Below, one piece after another: positions 37,064 to 47,870 of a DNA stretch of 64,000 nucleotides; the stretch's first letter is position 1; each line of letters begins with the position of its first letter. Under the pieces are notes generated by a model, which saw only the letters and a list, made by a program, of their open reading frames with translations, did no database searches and was not told the origin of the DNA. Position numbers and translations under genes: made by a program. The stretch covers positions 398,084 through 462,083 of the forward strand of contig CAYNWL010000002.1 of the NCBI GenBank assembly GCA_964400895.1, given 5' to 3'. The stretch is from an uncultured Bacteriovoracaceae bacterium (GTDB lineage Bacteria > Bdellovibrionota > Bacteriovoracia > Bacteriovoracales > Bacteriovoracaceae).

Positions 37064-38613
37064 TGGAACCCATAAGTATTATTTTAGCGTTTATTTTAGG
37101 AGCAGGAATAATAGCCCTGGTTGTTTTTATTAGGGCCAAGGCGAATGCTCAAAAAATAAAGGAAAGAGAAAATGAAATAATTGAAAAGGCCAAAAAAGAG
37201 GCAAATGAAATTAAATACAATGCCAGGAGAGAGGCCAAAGATATTGCCAGAGAAGAAAGGGAAATTTTAGAGAAAGAAATTTATAAAAGGCAAAATGATA
37301 TCAAAAGCCAAGAGATCGGTATGGCAAAAAAAGAAGCTATATTAGATCAGAAGATCGAGGAGAGACAAAGAGAAATCGGCGAAATTAGAAAGAAAGAAGA
37401 AGAACTTAAGGTCCAAAGAGCTAGGGTGGTAGAAGAGGCCGATAAATTTAAAAGAAAACAGGAAGAGGTTTCCACAGAACTAAGCAAAGTGGCCCAAATG
37501 ACCCGGGAAGAGGCAAAAAGCTCCCTTGTAAAAGTTATGGAGGAAGAGGCCAAGGTTGAATTTGCCAAAAATTTAAGAAGGCTTGAAGAAGAAGCCAGAG
37601 AAGACTCCGAAAAAATGTCTAAAAGAATTATTGGTATTGCCATTCAGCGTTTTGCCGGTGAATACGTCGCTGAGAAAGCAATTACCTCTGTGGATCTTCC
37701 ATCTGATGATTTAAAGGGAAGATTGATTGGTAGGGATGGAAGAAATATTCGTGCCTTTGAACAAATTTGTGGTGTTGATTTAATTATCGATGATACCCCA
37801 GAAATTGTTGTAGTCAGCTCCTTTAATGTGGTTCGAAGAGAAATTGCCCGGATGACACTGCAAAAGTTAATCGCTGACGGAAGAATCCATCCCGCCAAAA
37901 TCGAGGAGTTTCATGACAAATCCAGATCGGAAATGAATAAGGTCCTTTTGGATATGGGTCAGAAGGCCCAAATGGAAATAGGCGTTCATGGAATCCATCC
38001 GGAGATATTAAAGCTAGTGGGTGCCCTAAATTGGAGAACTTCTTACACACAAAATCAATATCAGCATGCTTTGGAAGCTGCTTTTATTTGTGGGGCCATG
38101 GCACAAGAACTTGGTCAAAACGTAAAGCAAGCTAGAAGGGCAGCACTTTTACATGATATAGGAAAAGTTATTGATGCTTCAGCAGAAGGATCTCACGCGG
38201 TAATTGGGGCGGATTTCGCCAAAAAATATGGAGAGTCTCCAGAAATTGTTCATGCCATCCGTGCTCACCATGATGATGAAAAACCTGAGACCATTTTGGC
38301 CCATTTGGTAGCGGCATCGGATGCATTATCTGGTGCTAGACCCGGGGCCAGAAAGGCCATGGTCGAATCCTATGTTTCCAGACTTACCGATATTGAAAGT
38401 ATCGTAAATAGTTTTGAAGGTGTTTCAAAATCTTTTGCCATCTCTGGTGGAAGGGAAGTTAGGGTTTTTGTTGAAAATGATAAGGTTTCTGATGAAGGGG
38501 CCGTTCTACTTTCTAGAGATATTGCCAAAAAAATTGAGGAAGAAATGTCTTATCCTGGTACCATTAAGGTTACAGTGCTTCGTGAGACAAGGGCAGTAGG
38601 TGTTGCAAAATAA
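37063..38613 (+). CDS. rny: ribonuclease Y
   Basis: N-terminal TM helix, Lys/Glu coiled coil, KH domain (GRLIGRDGRNIRAFE), HD domain (LLHDIGKV, RAHHDDE). Confidence 0.9.
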   Translation: MEPISIILAFILGAGIIALVVFIRAKANAQKIKERENEIIEKAKKEANEIKYNARREAKDIAREEREILEKEIYKRQNDIKSQEIGMAKKEAILDQKIEERQREIGEIRKKEEELKVQRARVVEEADKFKRKQEEVSTELSKVAQMTREEAKSSLVKVMEEEAKVEFAKNLRRLEEEAREDSEKMSKRIIGIAIQRFAGEYVAEKAITSVDLPSDDLKGRLIGRDGRNIRAFEQICGVDLIIDDTPEIVVVSSFNVVRREIARMTLQKLIADGRIHPAKIEEFHDKSRSEMNKVLLDMGQKAQMEIGVHGIHPEILKLVGALNWRTSYTQNQYQHALEAAFICGAMAQELGQNVKQARRAALLHDIGKVIDASAEGSHAVIGADFAKKYGESPEIVHAIRAHHDDEKPETILAHLVAASDALSGARPGARKAMVESYVSRLTDIESIVNSFEGVSKSFAISGGREVRVFVENDKVSDEGAVLLSRDIAKKIEEEMSYPGTIKVTVLRETRAVGVAK

Positions 38614-39016
38614 AGTATTAATTAGATATTACCTTTTGGTCTTTATTCCTTTTTTATTTCTTTGGGCAATTTTAAAAGGAACCGGGGCCACTTGGTATAA
38701 TCAACTTCTTTATACCCTGGGATTTTTCTGGCCAGTTACAGTGAATGCTCCTGGGGTCTTGGAAAGAGTAAATTCCAAAAAATATAAATTTAGTCTATTA
38801 AGAATGATCTATCTTTTTGACCTTCTTTTTAAAAAAGCATCACAAAGATTTAAAATATATTTGACCACCAAAATTATTTCTTCCCTTGCTCCGATTGTTT
38901 TCGGGGTAACTCTTGCTCTTTTATCCAAATTTGGAGACCCGCTTTTTATAGTATTGGGAGTGGTTTTGGCCGAAGCCATTTTAGAGCTTAGATCCCGTTT
39001 TAAAATCTATGAATAA
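38600..39016 (+). CDS. membrane protein (hypothetical)
   Basis: 138-aa ORF with about 4 hydrophobic helices, translationally coupled to its neighbours. No family recognised. Confidence 0.45.
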   Translation: MLQNKVLIRYYLLVFIPFLFLWAILKGTGATWYNQLLYTLGFFWPVTVNAPGVLERVNSKKYKFSLLRMIYLFDLLFKKASQRFKIYLTTKIISSLAPIVFGVTLALLSKFGDPLFIVLGVVLAEAILELRSRFKIYE

Positions 39017-39455
39017 AGTCGTTCCAGTTTCCATAGTCTTATTTATAAAAGATTTAGGGAATTCATCTTTTTCAATTTGGATGCAACAAAGAATAGAAAC
39101 CGGTCCGCTTAATGGCCTTTGGGAATTTCCCGGGGGTAAAATCCACCAAGGGGAAAGTGCTAATTTGGCAGCAAGAAGGGAAGTTTTGGAAGAAGTTGGG
39201 GTTTTACCGCCAAAGCTTTTTGATTTTAAGACCTATTCCTACTCCTATGAAGGAAAAAATATCATTTTACATGTATTTTTAAGCCCTTTTACGGAGATTT
39301 CTCCTGATAAAGGCAGGTGGGAAAATATAGATTTTAAAGATAAATCAGGGTATCTAAAGGGAAAAATTCCACCTATTAATCACCTGGTGATTGATGAGGT
39401 CGCCGACTATTTAAAGGTGGAGTCTAATTTTTGGGATATTTTATGGAGGCCTTAA
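39009..39455 (+). CDS. NUDIX hydrolase (MutT-like)
   Basis: Nudix box GLWEFPGGKIHQGESANLAARREVLEEVGV. Confidence 0.7.
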   Translation: MNKVVPVSIVLFIKDLGNSSFSIWMQQRIETGPLNGLWEFPGGKIHQGESANLAARREVLEEVGVLPPKLFDFKTYSYSYEGKNIILHVFLSPFTEISPDKGRWENIDFKDKSGYLKGKIPPINHLVIDEVADYLKVESNFWDILWRP

Positions 39456-40189
39456 AAAATACCGGTCAATTTTTTCTTTTCTCCCTTGCTTTTGGGATGA
39501 TCCTTTTTTCTCCCATAGTTAATTCTCGGGAGTTTGGAGGCGGTTTTTTCAGGCTTATCAACAATATTTGCGGAGTAACCCTTTTGATCGCTACGGCTTT
39601 TTATGTCGGAGTTTTTGGATTTTTAGGAATTCTTCCTTGGCTTTCGTTAGTGGGACTAGGATCTTTTTTCACTTCTGCAATTTTGCATAAAGATGAAAGG
39701 TCCCCATCTATGTGGATACATTATTTTGTTCAATGTTTTTGTTTGGTCGCGATTCTTTACTTGTTTAACGGTCCTAATTTATGGGAACAGTTATTTTTCT
39801 TCTCTTCCTCTATGGTATTGGGGCTTATCACATTTTCCATGACCTTAGGGCATTGGTATTTGGTAAACCCCAAATTAAGTGAAAAACCCCTAAAAATATC
39901 CATGTATATTTTGTGGTTTTTGCTTATATTTAAAATTGTCTTTTCTACCATTGCTTTCCTGGGGAAACAGCAAATGGAGTTATCCAATTCCTTTTTAGTA
40001 ATAATTTTTTCCATGAGAATGCTTTGGGGCTATTTCATTATTGGACTTCTAAGCTATTTTGCTTATAGGCTGATTAAAATGAGGTCCATCCAATCGGCTA
40101 CCGGAGTATTGTACGTAATGACCTTTTTTGTTTTGGCCGCAGAGCTGATCTCCAATTATTTTTATTTTAGGTACGGGATCTATTTATGA
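39431..40189 (+). CDS. polytopic membrane protein (hypothetical)
   Basis: 252-aa ORF with about 7 hydrophobic helices. No family recognised. Confidence 0.45.
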   Translation: MGYFMEALKNTGQFFLFSLAFGMILFSPIVNSREFGGGFFRLINNICGVTLLIATAFYVGVFGFLGILPWLSLVGLGSFFTSAILHKDERSPSMWIHYFVQCFCLVAILYLFNGPNLWEQLFFFSSSMVLGLITFSMTLGHWYLVNPKLSEKPLKISMYILWFLLIFKIVFSTIAFLGKQQMELSNSFLVIIFSMRMLWGYFIIGLLSYFAYRLIKMRSIQSATGVLYVMTFFVLAAELISNYFYFRYGIYL

Positions 40190-40638
40190 TGGAAGTCACT
40201 ATAACTTGTCCCGGGTGTGGATCTGCGATTTATTTACATCCAGATAAGGAAATTAAAAATGCCACTTGTAAGGTATGTTCGGAGAATGTACCCGTCTCCT
40301 TTTCAGAAAAGGAACTTGAAGGGAAACTTGAACAATGTCCGAAATGCCATAGGATGGATTTTTATTCTCAAAAGGATTTTAATAGAAAATTAGGGGTTAT
40401 TCTCTTTGTCATTGCGGCGATTTTATCCATTTGGTCCTATGGAATTAGTTTTATAGTTCTATATATTTTTGATCTAATCCTTTTTAAAAAACTCGGAAAT
40501 ATTGCTATTTGCTATAAATGTCAGACCATTTTTAGAAAAATTTCCAATATTAGTGAAATTAGGCCCTTTGATCATGAAATGAATGATCGGATTGTCTATT
40601 CCGATCATGATTTTAAGGGAAAACCCCTAACCCACTGA
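40186..40638 (+). CDS. double zinc-ribbon membrane protein (hypothetical)
   Basis: CPGCGS...CKVC and CPKC...H pairs, followed by one TM helix and a further CYKC. Confidence 0.45.
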   Translation: MMEVTITCPGCGSAIYLHPDKEIKNATCKVCSENVPVSFSEKELEGKLEQCPKCHRMDFYSQKDFNRKLGVILFVIAAILSIWSYGISFIVLYIFDLILFKKLGNIAICYKCQTIFRKISNISEIRPFDHEMNDRIVYSDHDFKGKPLTH

Positions 40639-40698
40639 CCAAACTAGACATCTTTATCCCTTTTTTAGATAATTTTTAAAATTATTGGATTTTAAATC

Positions 40699-41991
40699 AT
40701 GCAAGAAATTCAAGGTTATGAATTATTCACAATAGTGGCCTGTTTGATTGCTTCGGGATTTTATTCGGGTTCTGAATCCGTTCTTTTATCAGTGGGAATT
40801 GATCGTGCAAAAAGAATAATTGATGAAGGTGGGCCGGCGGCGAAATCTATGAAGTTCATGATCGACAAACCTTCTGAACTTCTGACCACAATTTTAGTGG
40901 GAAATAACCTTGTAAATATTATTCTTTCAACAATGGTTACCGTGGTAACCACCAAATATTTTGGTGAAAGTCATCTGGGGATAGCTGTAGGTATTTCAAC
41001 TTTTGCAATTTTAATGTTTGGAGAAGTAATCCCAAAAACTTTCGGGATGGCCCAGGCCGAAAGAATTTCAATTCCGGCAATTAGATTTTTACAAATAAAC
41101 TATTATACTCTTTTCCCAATCGTCCATTTGATGGCCTTTATAACTAAAAAAGTTTTAGGGGAAAGCGCCGTAGTAAAGGCCAAGCTAATTACCAAGAGAG
41201 ATCTTGAATATATGGTCTCTAAGGCAGGGAGAGAAAAATCAATTGATTCCAAACAATTGGACATGCTTTCCAATATTTTAGAATTTCCCACCATCAAAGT
41301 AAAAGATGTAATGATCCCAAGGCAGGAAATTAAATTTGTCCAAGTGGATTGGAATTACCGGCAGCTTTTGGATTATGTAAAGCTTAATGTTCATTCAAGA
41401 TTTCCTGTATGCGAGGAAAATCTGGATAAGTGCATCGGATTTTTACATACCAAATCCATACTTGCAGTAGATGAAAACCAGATTGAAAATTTTAAAGCAA
41501 GAGACGTTGTAAGGGATCCCTTTTTTGTATTTGAAAATATGAAGATTCAGATGGTTTTTGAAACCATGAATCGAAAAAAACTCCATTTGGCCTTGGTTAA
41601 GGATGAATCAGGACTAGTGGTGGGAGTAATAACTATTGAAGATATAATTGAAGAGGTCCTGGGCGAAATTCATGATGAATATGATGTCGATGAAGAGGAT
41701 TTAGTTCTTGAAAAGGGGCAAAAAGGAATCCTAGTTCCAGGAATCATCTCTATTAGGGATCTAAGTTCGGAATACGATGTTGAACTTCCGGCAAGTCCCA
41801 ATTATTCCACTCTTTCCGGATTTCTTCTTGAAATGATCGGAAATAATTTTCCTAAAAAGGGACAAATCGTGGTTTATGAAGACCATATTTTCGAAATTTA
41901 TAAGGTTGAAAATTATTTCATAGAAAAAGTTAGAATTAGAAACCTGGTTGGAGAGCCGGCACCAAATTCATCCTCAAAACCTCAAACATGA
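40699..41991 (+). CDS. CNNM/HlyC-CorC-family transporter (DUF21 + CBS pair + CorC_HlyC)
   Basis: N-terminal 4-TM DUF21-like region (GSESVLLSV, VGNNLVNI), a CBS pair, and a C-terminal CorC/HlyC-like domain. Confidence 0.75.
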   Translation: MQEIQGYELFTIVACLIASGFYSGSESVLLSVGIDRAKRIIDEGGPAAKSMKFMIDKPSELLTTILVGNNLVNIILSTMVTVVTTKYFGESHLGIAVGISTFAILMFGEVIPKTFGMAQAERISIPAIRFLQINYYTLFPIVHLMAFITKKVLGESAVVKAKLITKRDLEYMVSKAGREKSIDSKQLDMLSNILEFPTIKVKDVMIPRQEIKFVQVDWNYRQLLDYVKLNVHSRFPVCEENLDKCIGFLHTKSILAVDENQIENFKARDVVRDPFFVFENMKIQMVFETMNRKKLHLALVKDESGLVVGVITIEDIIEEVLGEIHDEYDVDEEDLVLEKGQKGILVPGIISIRDLSSEYDVELPASPNYSTLSGFLLEMIGNNFPKKGQIVVYEDHIFEIYKVENYFIEKVRIRNLVGEPAPNSSSKPQT

Positions 41992-42977
41992 TTTATCCAA
42001 TTGCAATAATAGGAGGAGGATCTGGTGGAGTCATGGGCCTTCTTCGCTGCATATTAAATAACCACCCCTGTCTTTTTTTTCCCGGATCATCCCTGGATAA
42101 AAAAAGATCTAGAGGTTTTTGGGTGTCCAAAGTGGAAAATATTCCCGGTTATTTCCATTATAAAAAGGGTATAGAGGATCCAAATCGGGAAACTATCGAT
42201 TGGATAAAAAATTCTCCCTTTGAAAAAAATTTTAATTTTAAGAAAAATAGATCAATCATTTCCATTAAAAGAAATGAAGAAGGTCTTTTCCTACTTGAGG
42301 ATGATAAAAAGGAAATCTATCTTTGCCAGTATGTTATTTTGGCCACAGGAGTGATGGATATCCAGCCCCATATTCAAGGATCAATTGAACCGGTATTCCC
42401 ATATGCCAATATTTCCCAAATAGACTATTGCTTACGATGCGACGGCCACCACACTTTGGATAAAAACACCTCAGTAATAGGTCATAATGATAATGCCGGT
42501 TGGGTGGCAATTATGCTTTATGAGAGATACCAAAATCCATCCATGAATATTTTAACGAATGGAGCAATTCCAAATTTTGGCGAAGAAGTTTGGGGCCTCC
42601 TAAATGGCCATAATATAAAAGTATTTGAACAGGAAATTTTGGAAATTATAGGCGATGGAAAAAATCTTGACGGTTTTTTGCTTAAAGATGGAACGCTAGT
42701 AAAATCTGAAATGGCCTTTGTCTCATTGGGAATGATAATTCATAATCATTTGGCCAAAGAAATTGGTGCCCAAATCGATGAACGTGGATTTGTTATTACC
42801 AATGAAAAAGGGGAGAGTACCATTCCCAACTTGTTTGTTGTTGGGGATTTAAGGGCCAATACTAAAAAACAAATTTATACGGCCTGGGATCAGGCCGTGG
42901 ATAGTGCAGATACAATTGATTATAGGATTCGCAGGGAAAAAAGGGCTAAATTTTTTCTTTCAAAGAGCAAAACTTAA
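41988..42977 (+). CDS. thioredoxin-reductase-like FAD/NAD(P) pyridine nucleotide-disulfide oxidoreductase
   Basis: FAD fold IIGGGSGGV, redox-like CLRCDGHH (compare CATCDG of TrxR), C-terminal FVVGDL. Confidence 0.55.
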   Translation: MIYPIAIIGGGSGGVMGLLRCILNNHPCLFFPGSSLDKKRSRGFWVSKVENIPGYFHYKKGIEDPNRETIDWIKNSPFEKNFNFKKNRSIISIKRNEEGLFLLEDDKKEIYLCQYVILATGVMDIQPHIQGSIEPVFPYANISQIDYCLRCDGHHTLDKNTSVIGHNDNAGWVAIMLYERYQNPSMNILTNGAIPNFGEEVWGLLNGHNIKVFEQEILEIIGDGKNLDGFLLKDGTLVKSEMAFVSLGMIIHNHLAKEIGAQIDERGFVITNEKGESTIPNLFVVGDLRANTKKQIYTAWDQAVDSADTIDYRIRREKRAKFFLSKSKT

Positions 42978-43290
42978 AAGAACCTTTAATCCTTGCCCTA
43001 CAGGCAAGTCGGATATGTTTTGCCTTTAAAAATTCCTCGCCATATTTTTTCTTATATTGCTCCATCAGGTGATTGACAGTTTCTGTTTCAATCGCTCCTT
43101 TTGGAGCAAGTGATTCAAATCCTTCAAGGACATTTATTCTACAAGTACCACAGGAGCCAGCCAGACAGCCGGCAGGAAGTTTGGTGCCCAATCGGTCGAG
43201 CTCGTCCCAGATTAGCTCCCCATCGCTAACCTCAAATTGTTTTTCACCTTCTTCATTCACAAATGACACTGTGTGCATATAATTTCCCAA
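42946..43290 (-). CDS. plant-type [2Fe-2S] ferredoxin
   Basis: Cluster-binding pattern CLAGSCGTC ... C (C-x4-C-x2-C plus a distal Cys). 114 aa. Confidence 0.7.
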   Translation of the reverse strand: MGNYMHTVSFVNEEGEKQFEVSDGELIWDELDRLGTKLPAGCLAGSCGTCRINVLEGFESLAPKGAIETETVNHLMEQYKKKYGEEFLKAKHIRLACRARIKGSFKFCSLKEKI

Positions 43291-43337
43291 AGTGCTTTAA
43301 TATGATGGCGCAATTCAACATAACAAAGTGATATTTT

Positions 43338-44456
43338 ATGCTTACCTTTGAAAAATTATACCAAGAAGGTCATGAAGAAGTCGTCTTTTTCTCTGATCCA
43401 ACCTGTAATCTTAAGGCCATAGTGGCAATCCATAGTACAATTTTAGGGCCATCTTTGGGTGGAACCAGAATGTGGCCATATAAAAATGAAGAAGAGGCCA
43501 TAAAAGATGTATTAAGACTAAGTAAAGGTATGACTTATAAGGCCTCTATTTCAGGGCTAAATCTTGGAGGAGGAAAAGCTGTCATTATTGGAGATCCAGA
43601 TAAAGATAAATCCGAGGCCCTCTTCAGGTCTTATGGAAAATTTATAGAATCTTTAAATGGAAGATATGTAACCGCTGAGGATGTAAATATCACCGAAGAG
43701 GATATCCAAGACATTTATAAAGAAACTTCATTTGTAACTGGAGTTCCTCAGGCGCATGGTGGATCAGGTAATCCTGCTCCCTATACCGCTTTGGGTGTTT
43801 ATAGGGGGATTGAGGCTTCTCTTTTAAAAGTAAATGGTGGCAATTCAGTTAAGGGAAAATCCTTTGCTTTGCAAGGAGCTGGGGCAGTAGGAAGAATCTT
43901 GGCAAAACTTTTGGTTAATAATGGGGCCAAAGTATTTGTGTCCGATATTAGTAAAAAACATTTGGATTTGATTAAAGAAGAAGTTCCAAATATTGAAATA
44001 GTAGGAGTGGATGAAATTTATTCTCTTAAATGTGACGTTTACACTCCATGTGCCCTTGGTGGGACAATAAATGATGAAACCATCGATAAATTAAAATGCA
44101 AAATAGTTGCAGGGTCGGCCAATAACCAGCTTGCCAGAAATGATCATGGAGATATTCTTAAGAAAAAAGGAATCCTTTATGCCCCAGATTATCTTATTAA
44201 TGCGGGCGGGTTAATGAATGTTTCCACAGAATTTGAGGGATGGAGCCATGAAAAATCAGAAAGAATGGTCAACACAATCTATGATACAACCTTGAAAATC
44301 TTCAAGTTTGCGGAAGAAAATAATCTACCAGTATATAAGGCAACCGATTTGATGGCGGAAAAAAGAATTGAATCCATTAAAAAGCTCCAGGGTAAATTTA
44401 TCAGAAGCTCCAGCCCCCGATTTCCTGGTAGAACCAGAAGTCCTTTCCTATCTTAG
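43338..44456 (+). CDS. Leu/Val/Phe-type amino-acid dehydrogenase (probably leucine dehydrogenase)
   Basis: GGTRMWPY and LNLGGGKAVIIGDP blocks, then a Rossmann GAGAVG. Confidence 0.75.
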   Translation: MLTFEKLYQEGHEEVVFFSDPTCNLKAIVAIHSTILGPSLGGTRMWPYKNEEEAIKDVLRLSKGMTYKASISGLNLGGGKAVIIGDPDKDKSEALFRSYGKFIESLNGRYVTAEDVNITEEDIQDIYKETSFVTGVPQAHGGSGNPAPYTALGVYRGIEASLLKVNGGNSVKGKSFALQGAGAVGRILAKLLVNNGAKVFVSDISKKHLDLIKEEVPNIEIVGVDEIYSLKCDVYTPCALGGTINDETIDKLKCKIVAGSANNQLARNDHGDILKKKGILYAPDYLINAGGLMNVSTEFEGWSHEKSERMVNTIYDTTLKIFKFAEENNLPVYKATDLMAEKRIESIKKLQGKFIRSSSPRFPGRTRSPFLS

Positions 44457-44479
44457 GAAAATCCCCTTATAATTTAAGG

Positions 44480-45559
44480 GTGATTAAATTTTTAATTTTA
44501 TTATTCCCAATATTGTCATTCGCCCAATTAACTTTTAATGACACCATCATCCCAGAATTAGTAGTTTCGGGTAGATCTATGGCACTTGGAAATGCTTTTT
44601 CTGCTCGAGTTGATGATTCAATGTCGCCTTTTTTTAATCCAGCGGGACTTGGAACCGTTAGAAAATTAGATCTTAGAATTTCAGATCTTTATTTTGATAA
44701 CGATATTGATCTTATAAATATGACTTTTGGTACTTCAAATTTTTGGGAAGATTTATTGGGGGCCTTATCCATCGATGGTATCAGACAGTTGATGCTAGAG
44801 GATGGAAAAAATTTGGCCTACACCAGGTTTAATTTTGTTCCAAATCTTGTAACCAGATATTTTGCTGCCGGATATTTTTATTCCCAGAGAACCTATATGG
44901 GCATTCCTGATTCCTCCTCACCAACAGTTGAGTATATCTACAGACAGGACCAAGGAGCATTTTTAGGTTTTAATGTTTCCCTTTTAGGTGGAGTCATAAA
45001 ACTTGGACTAACTGGCCTTTATATTTGGAGAAAAGAATTGGATGGCCAGTCTCCGGCAGACCAATCAATTATTATTGAAAGTGATGACTACAACAGGGGC
45101 CAGGGTTATTTTGGGATAGCTGGATTTAAATTTACCTACCCCTCCGATTGGCTCCCTACTTTATCAGCAGCTTATCAGAATATTGCGGGTAATACCTTCG
45201 ATAATTATGGGACAGCTCCAGTATCACCTTATCCTCAAAATTTAACGGTGGCATTTTCCCTAAGTCCGCAAGTGGGAAAGGAAACCAGGCTTCACCTTGA
45301 GGCGGATTATGTAGATGCCCTCAGGGAGAATTCTAATGTCCAAGATAAGGATCGATTTGAGGCAAGCATGGAACTTGATTATTATCGCCAGGCCTTTTTA
45401 AGATTGGGATGGCTAGATGGATATCTATCAGGTGGATTTGGATTCACCTGGTCTCATTTGACTCTAAATCTTTCCACTTATGGTGTCCAGGCCACTCTTG
45501 CCCCTGGACAAACGGTTCAGGACCGCCGTTTTGTTCTTTCCATGTCCTACGGAATCTAG
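44480..45559 (+). CDS. outer-membrane beta-barrel protein (hypothetical)
   Basis: Signal peptide MIKFLILLFPILSFA. N-terminal GRSMALGNAFSARVDDSMSPFFNPAGLG motif as in TraF/PorV-like barrels. Alternating beta-strand pattern. GTG start. Confidence 0.5.
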   Translation: MIKFLILLFPILSFAQLTFNDTIIPELVVSGRSMALGNAFSARVDDSMSPFFNPAGLGTVRKLDLRISDLYFDNDIDLINMTFGTSNFWEDLLGALSIDGIRQLMLEDGKNLAYTRFNFVPNLVTRYFAAGYFYSQRTYMGIPDSSSPTVEYIYRQDQGAFLGFNVSLLGGVIKLGLTGLYIWRKELDGQSPADQSIIIESDDYNRGQGYFGIAGFKFTYPSDWLPTLSAAYQNIAGNTFDNYGTAPVSPYPQNLTVAFSLSPQVGKETRLHLEADYVDALRENSNVQDKDRFEASMELDYYRQAFLRLGWLDGYLSGGFGFTWSHLTLNLSTYGVQATLAPGQTVQDRRFVLSMSYGI

Positions 45560-45607
45560 AAAAAGAAGACTTTTTGATATAAAAAAGCATAAATCAGAGA
45601 TGAATTT

Positions 45608-46795
45608 ATGCGAAAAGATTTTATCCAATATTTAAATAATCAGATAAGTGAAATTGACCAACAGGGACTTTTTAAAAAAGAACGGATCATTAAATCCCCT
45701 CAAGGGGCCCATATTCTATCTCAAGGATCCGATGTAATTAATCTTTGCGCCAATAACTATTTAGGGTTGGCCAATAATCCTGATTTAAAAACTGTAGCAA
45801 AAAATTCCATTGATAAATATGGCTTTGGAATGTCCTCTGTTAGATTTATCTGTGGAACCCAAGATGTACATAAGGAATTAGAAAAGAAAATTTCCCAGTT
45901 TTTGGGGATGGAAGATACTATTTTATATTCCTCCTGTTTCGATGCCAATGGTGGATTATTTGAAACTCTTCTTGGAGCAGAAGATGCAGTGATTTCCGAT
46001 TCTCTAAACCACGCCAGCATTATCGATGGAATCAGACTTTGTAAGGCACAAAGGTTTAGGTACGAAAACAACAATATGGCAGACCTCGAGGAAAAACTTA
46101 AAGAAGCACAAAAATCTAGATTTAGATTAATTGCTACTGATGGAGTTTTTTCCATGGATGGATACCTAGCAAATCTTAAGGCCATCTGTGATCTTGCGGA
46201 CAAATATGATGCCCTTGTAATGGTTGATGATTCCCATGCAGTAGGATTTATCGGTGAAAAAGGTAAAGGTACTCATGAATACTGCCAAGTAATGGATCGG
46301 GTGGATATAATTACAGGAACCTTGGGCAAAGCTTTAGGCGGAGCATCAGGTGGGTACACCTCGGGAAAAAAAGAAATTGTAGAAATTTTGCGGCAAAGAT
46401 CTAGACCTTATTTATTCTCAAACACTTTAGCTCCGGTTATTGCCGCAACCTCCATCAAAGTTTTGGAAATGTTGGAAGGATCAGGTCATTTAAGAATCAA
46501 ATTAATGGATAATACCCAATTTTTCCGCAAAGAAATGAAAAAGCTGGGTTTTAATATACCTGAAAGCATTCACCCTATTGCACCTGTAATGTTGGGTGAT
46601 GCCCAACTTGCAAAAACGATGGCAGATGAACTGCTAAAAGAGGGAATATATGTGATAGGATTTTCATACCCCGTAGTACCAAAGGGGTTAGCTAGAATTA
46701 GAACTCAGATTTCCGCTGCTCATGAAAAAGAAGATTTGGTAAAAGCGATTTTGGCCTTCGAAAAAATTGGAAAAAAACTTAAGGTAATAAAATGA
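45608..46795 (+). CDS. kbl: glycine C-acetyltransferase (2-amino-3-ketobutyrate CoA ligase)
   Basis: Alpha-oxoamine synthase fold with the PLP-Lys region [15 protein letters not shown]. Coupled to tdh by a 4-bp overlap. Confidence 0.85.
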   Translation: MRKDFIQYLNNQISEIDQQGLFKKERIIKSPQGAHILSQGSDVINLCANNYLGLANNPDLKTVAKNSIDKYGFGMSSVRFICGTQDVHKELEKKISQFLGMEDTILYSSCFDANGGLFETLLGAEDAVISDSLNHASIIDGIRLCKAQRFRYENNNMADLEEKLKEAQKSRFRLIATDGVFSMDGYLANLKAICDLADKYDALVMVDDSHAVGFIGEKGKGTHEYCQVMDRVDIITGTLGKALGGASGGYTSGKKEIVEILRQRSRPYLFSNTLAPVIAATSIKVLEMLEGSGHLRIKLMDNTQFFRKEMKKLGFNIPESIHPIAPVMLGDAQLAKTMADELLKEGIYVIGFSYPVVPKGLARIRTQISAAHEKEDLVKAILAFEKIGKKLKVIK

Positions 46796-47814
46796 AAGTT
46801 TTAAGAAAAAGTAAAAGAGAAAAAGGACTCTGGATGGAAGAAGGGGAAAAACCCACTCCAGGAGTTCATGAAGTCCTGATAAAAATTAAGAAAACCGCTG
46901 TCTGTGGGACAGATCTTCATATTTTTAATTGGGATGAGTGGTCTCAAAAAACCATTCCTGTACCTTTAGTTACCGGACATGAATTCTTTGGAGTTATCGA
47001 GGAGCTTGGTAGTGAGGTAAATGGATATAAAATTGGAGATAGAGTTTCTGGTGAAGGGCATATAACTTGTGGCCATTGCAGAAATTGTCGGGCAGGCAAA
47101 CAACATCTTTGCCGAAATACATTAGGTGTAGGTGTAAATCGTCCTGGTTGTTTTGCAGAATACTTAGTTCTTCCGGCCACCAATGTTTTTAAAATTCCAA
47201 AGGAAATTCCAGATGAAGTGGCGGCCATCTTTGATCCATTTGGAAATGCAGTTCACACGGCCCTTTCATTTGATCTAGTGGGTGAGGATGTTTTAGTTAC
47301 GGGAGCGGGACCCATTGGAATCATGGCTGCAGCGGTTGCGGCCCATGTCGGTGCAAGAAATGTAGTGATCACCGATGTAAATGATTACCGATTATCCCTG
47401 GCCAAAAAATTGGCAAAAGTTAGGACAGTTAATCCCACCAAGGAAAAATTAACCAATGTCATGAAAGAATTAGGGATGGTTGAAGGCTTTGATGTCGGTT
47501 TGGAAATGTCTGGAAATAAAATTGCCTTTAATGACCTACTAGAAGTTATAAACCATGGCGGAAGAGTGGCCCTTTTAGGGATCTTTCCAGAGCCTGTTTC
47601 CATAGATTGGTCCAAAGTTATTTTTAAGGGCCTAATTCTTAAAGGTATCTATGGGAGGGAAATGTATGAGACCTGGTATAAAATGACAGCATTAATTCAA
47701 AGTGGTCTGGATATTTCTCCAATAATTACCCATACTTTACCTGCAAAGGACTTCTTAAAGGCCTTTGAAATTATGAATGAAGGTAAAGCGGGAAAAGTAA
47801 TTCTGGAATGGTAA
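46792..47814 (+). CDS. tdh: L-threonine 3-dehydrogenase
   Basis: Zn-ADH fold ([22 protein letters not shown]), a GAGPIG Rossmann motif, and the classic kbl-tdh pairing. Confidence 0.85.
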   Translation: MKVLRKSKREKGLWMEEGEKPTPGVHEVLIKIKKTAVCGTDLHIFNWDEWSQKTIPVPLVTGHEFFGVIEELGSEVNGYKIGDRVSGEGHITCGHCRNCRAGKQHLCRNTLGVGVNRPGCFAEYLVLPATNVFKIPKEIPDEVAAIFDPFGNAVHTALSFDLVGEDVLVTGAGPIGIMAAAVAAHVGARNVVITDVNDYRLSLAKKLAKVRTVNPTKEKLTNVMKELGMVEGFDVGLEMSGNKIAFNDLLEVINHGGRVALLGIFPEPVSIDWSKVIFKGLILKGIYGREMYETWYKMTALIQSGLDISPIITHTLPAKDFLKAFEIMNEGKAGKVILEW

Positions 47815-47870
47815 GTCAAAATTAGACTTTTCTTAAATGATTTTATAGATTTTCTCAAAGGACATTTTCA

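Noticed and set aside
45757-46203. 148-aa minus-strand ORF inside kbl
   Set aside because: It is antisense to a confidently identified PLP enzyme gene and has no features of its own.
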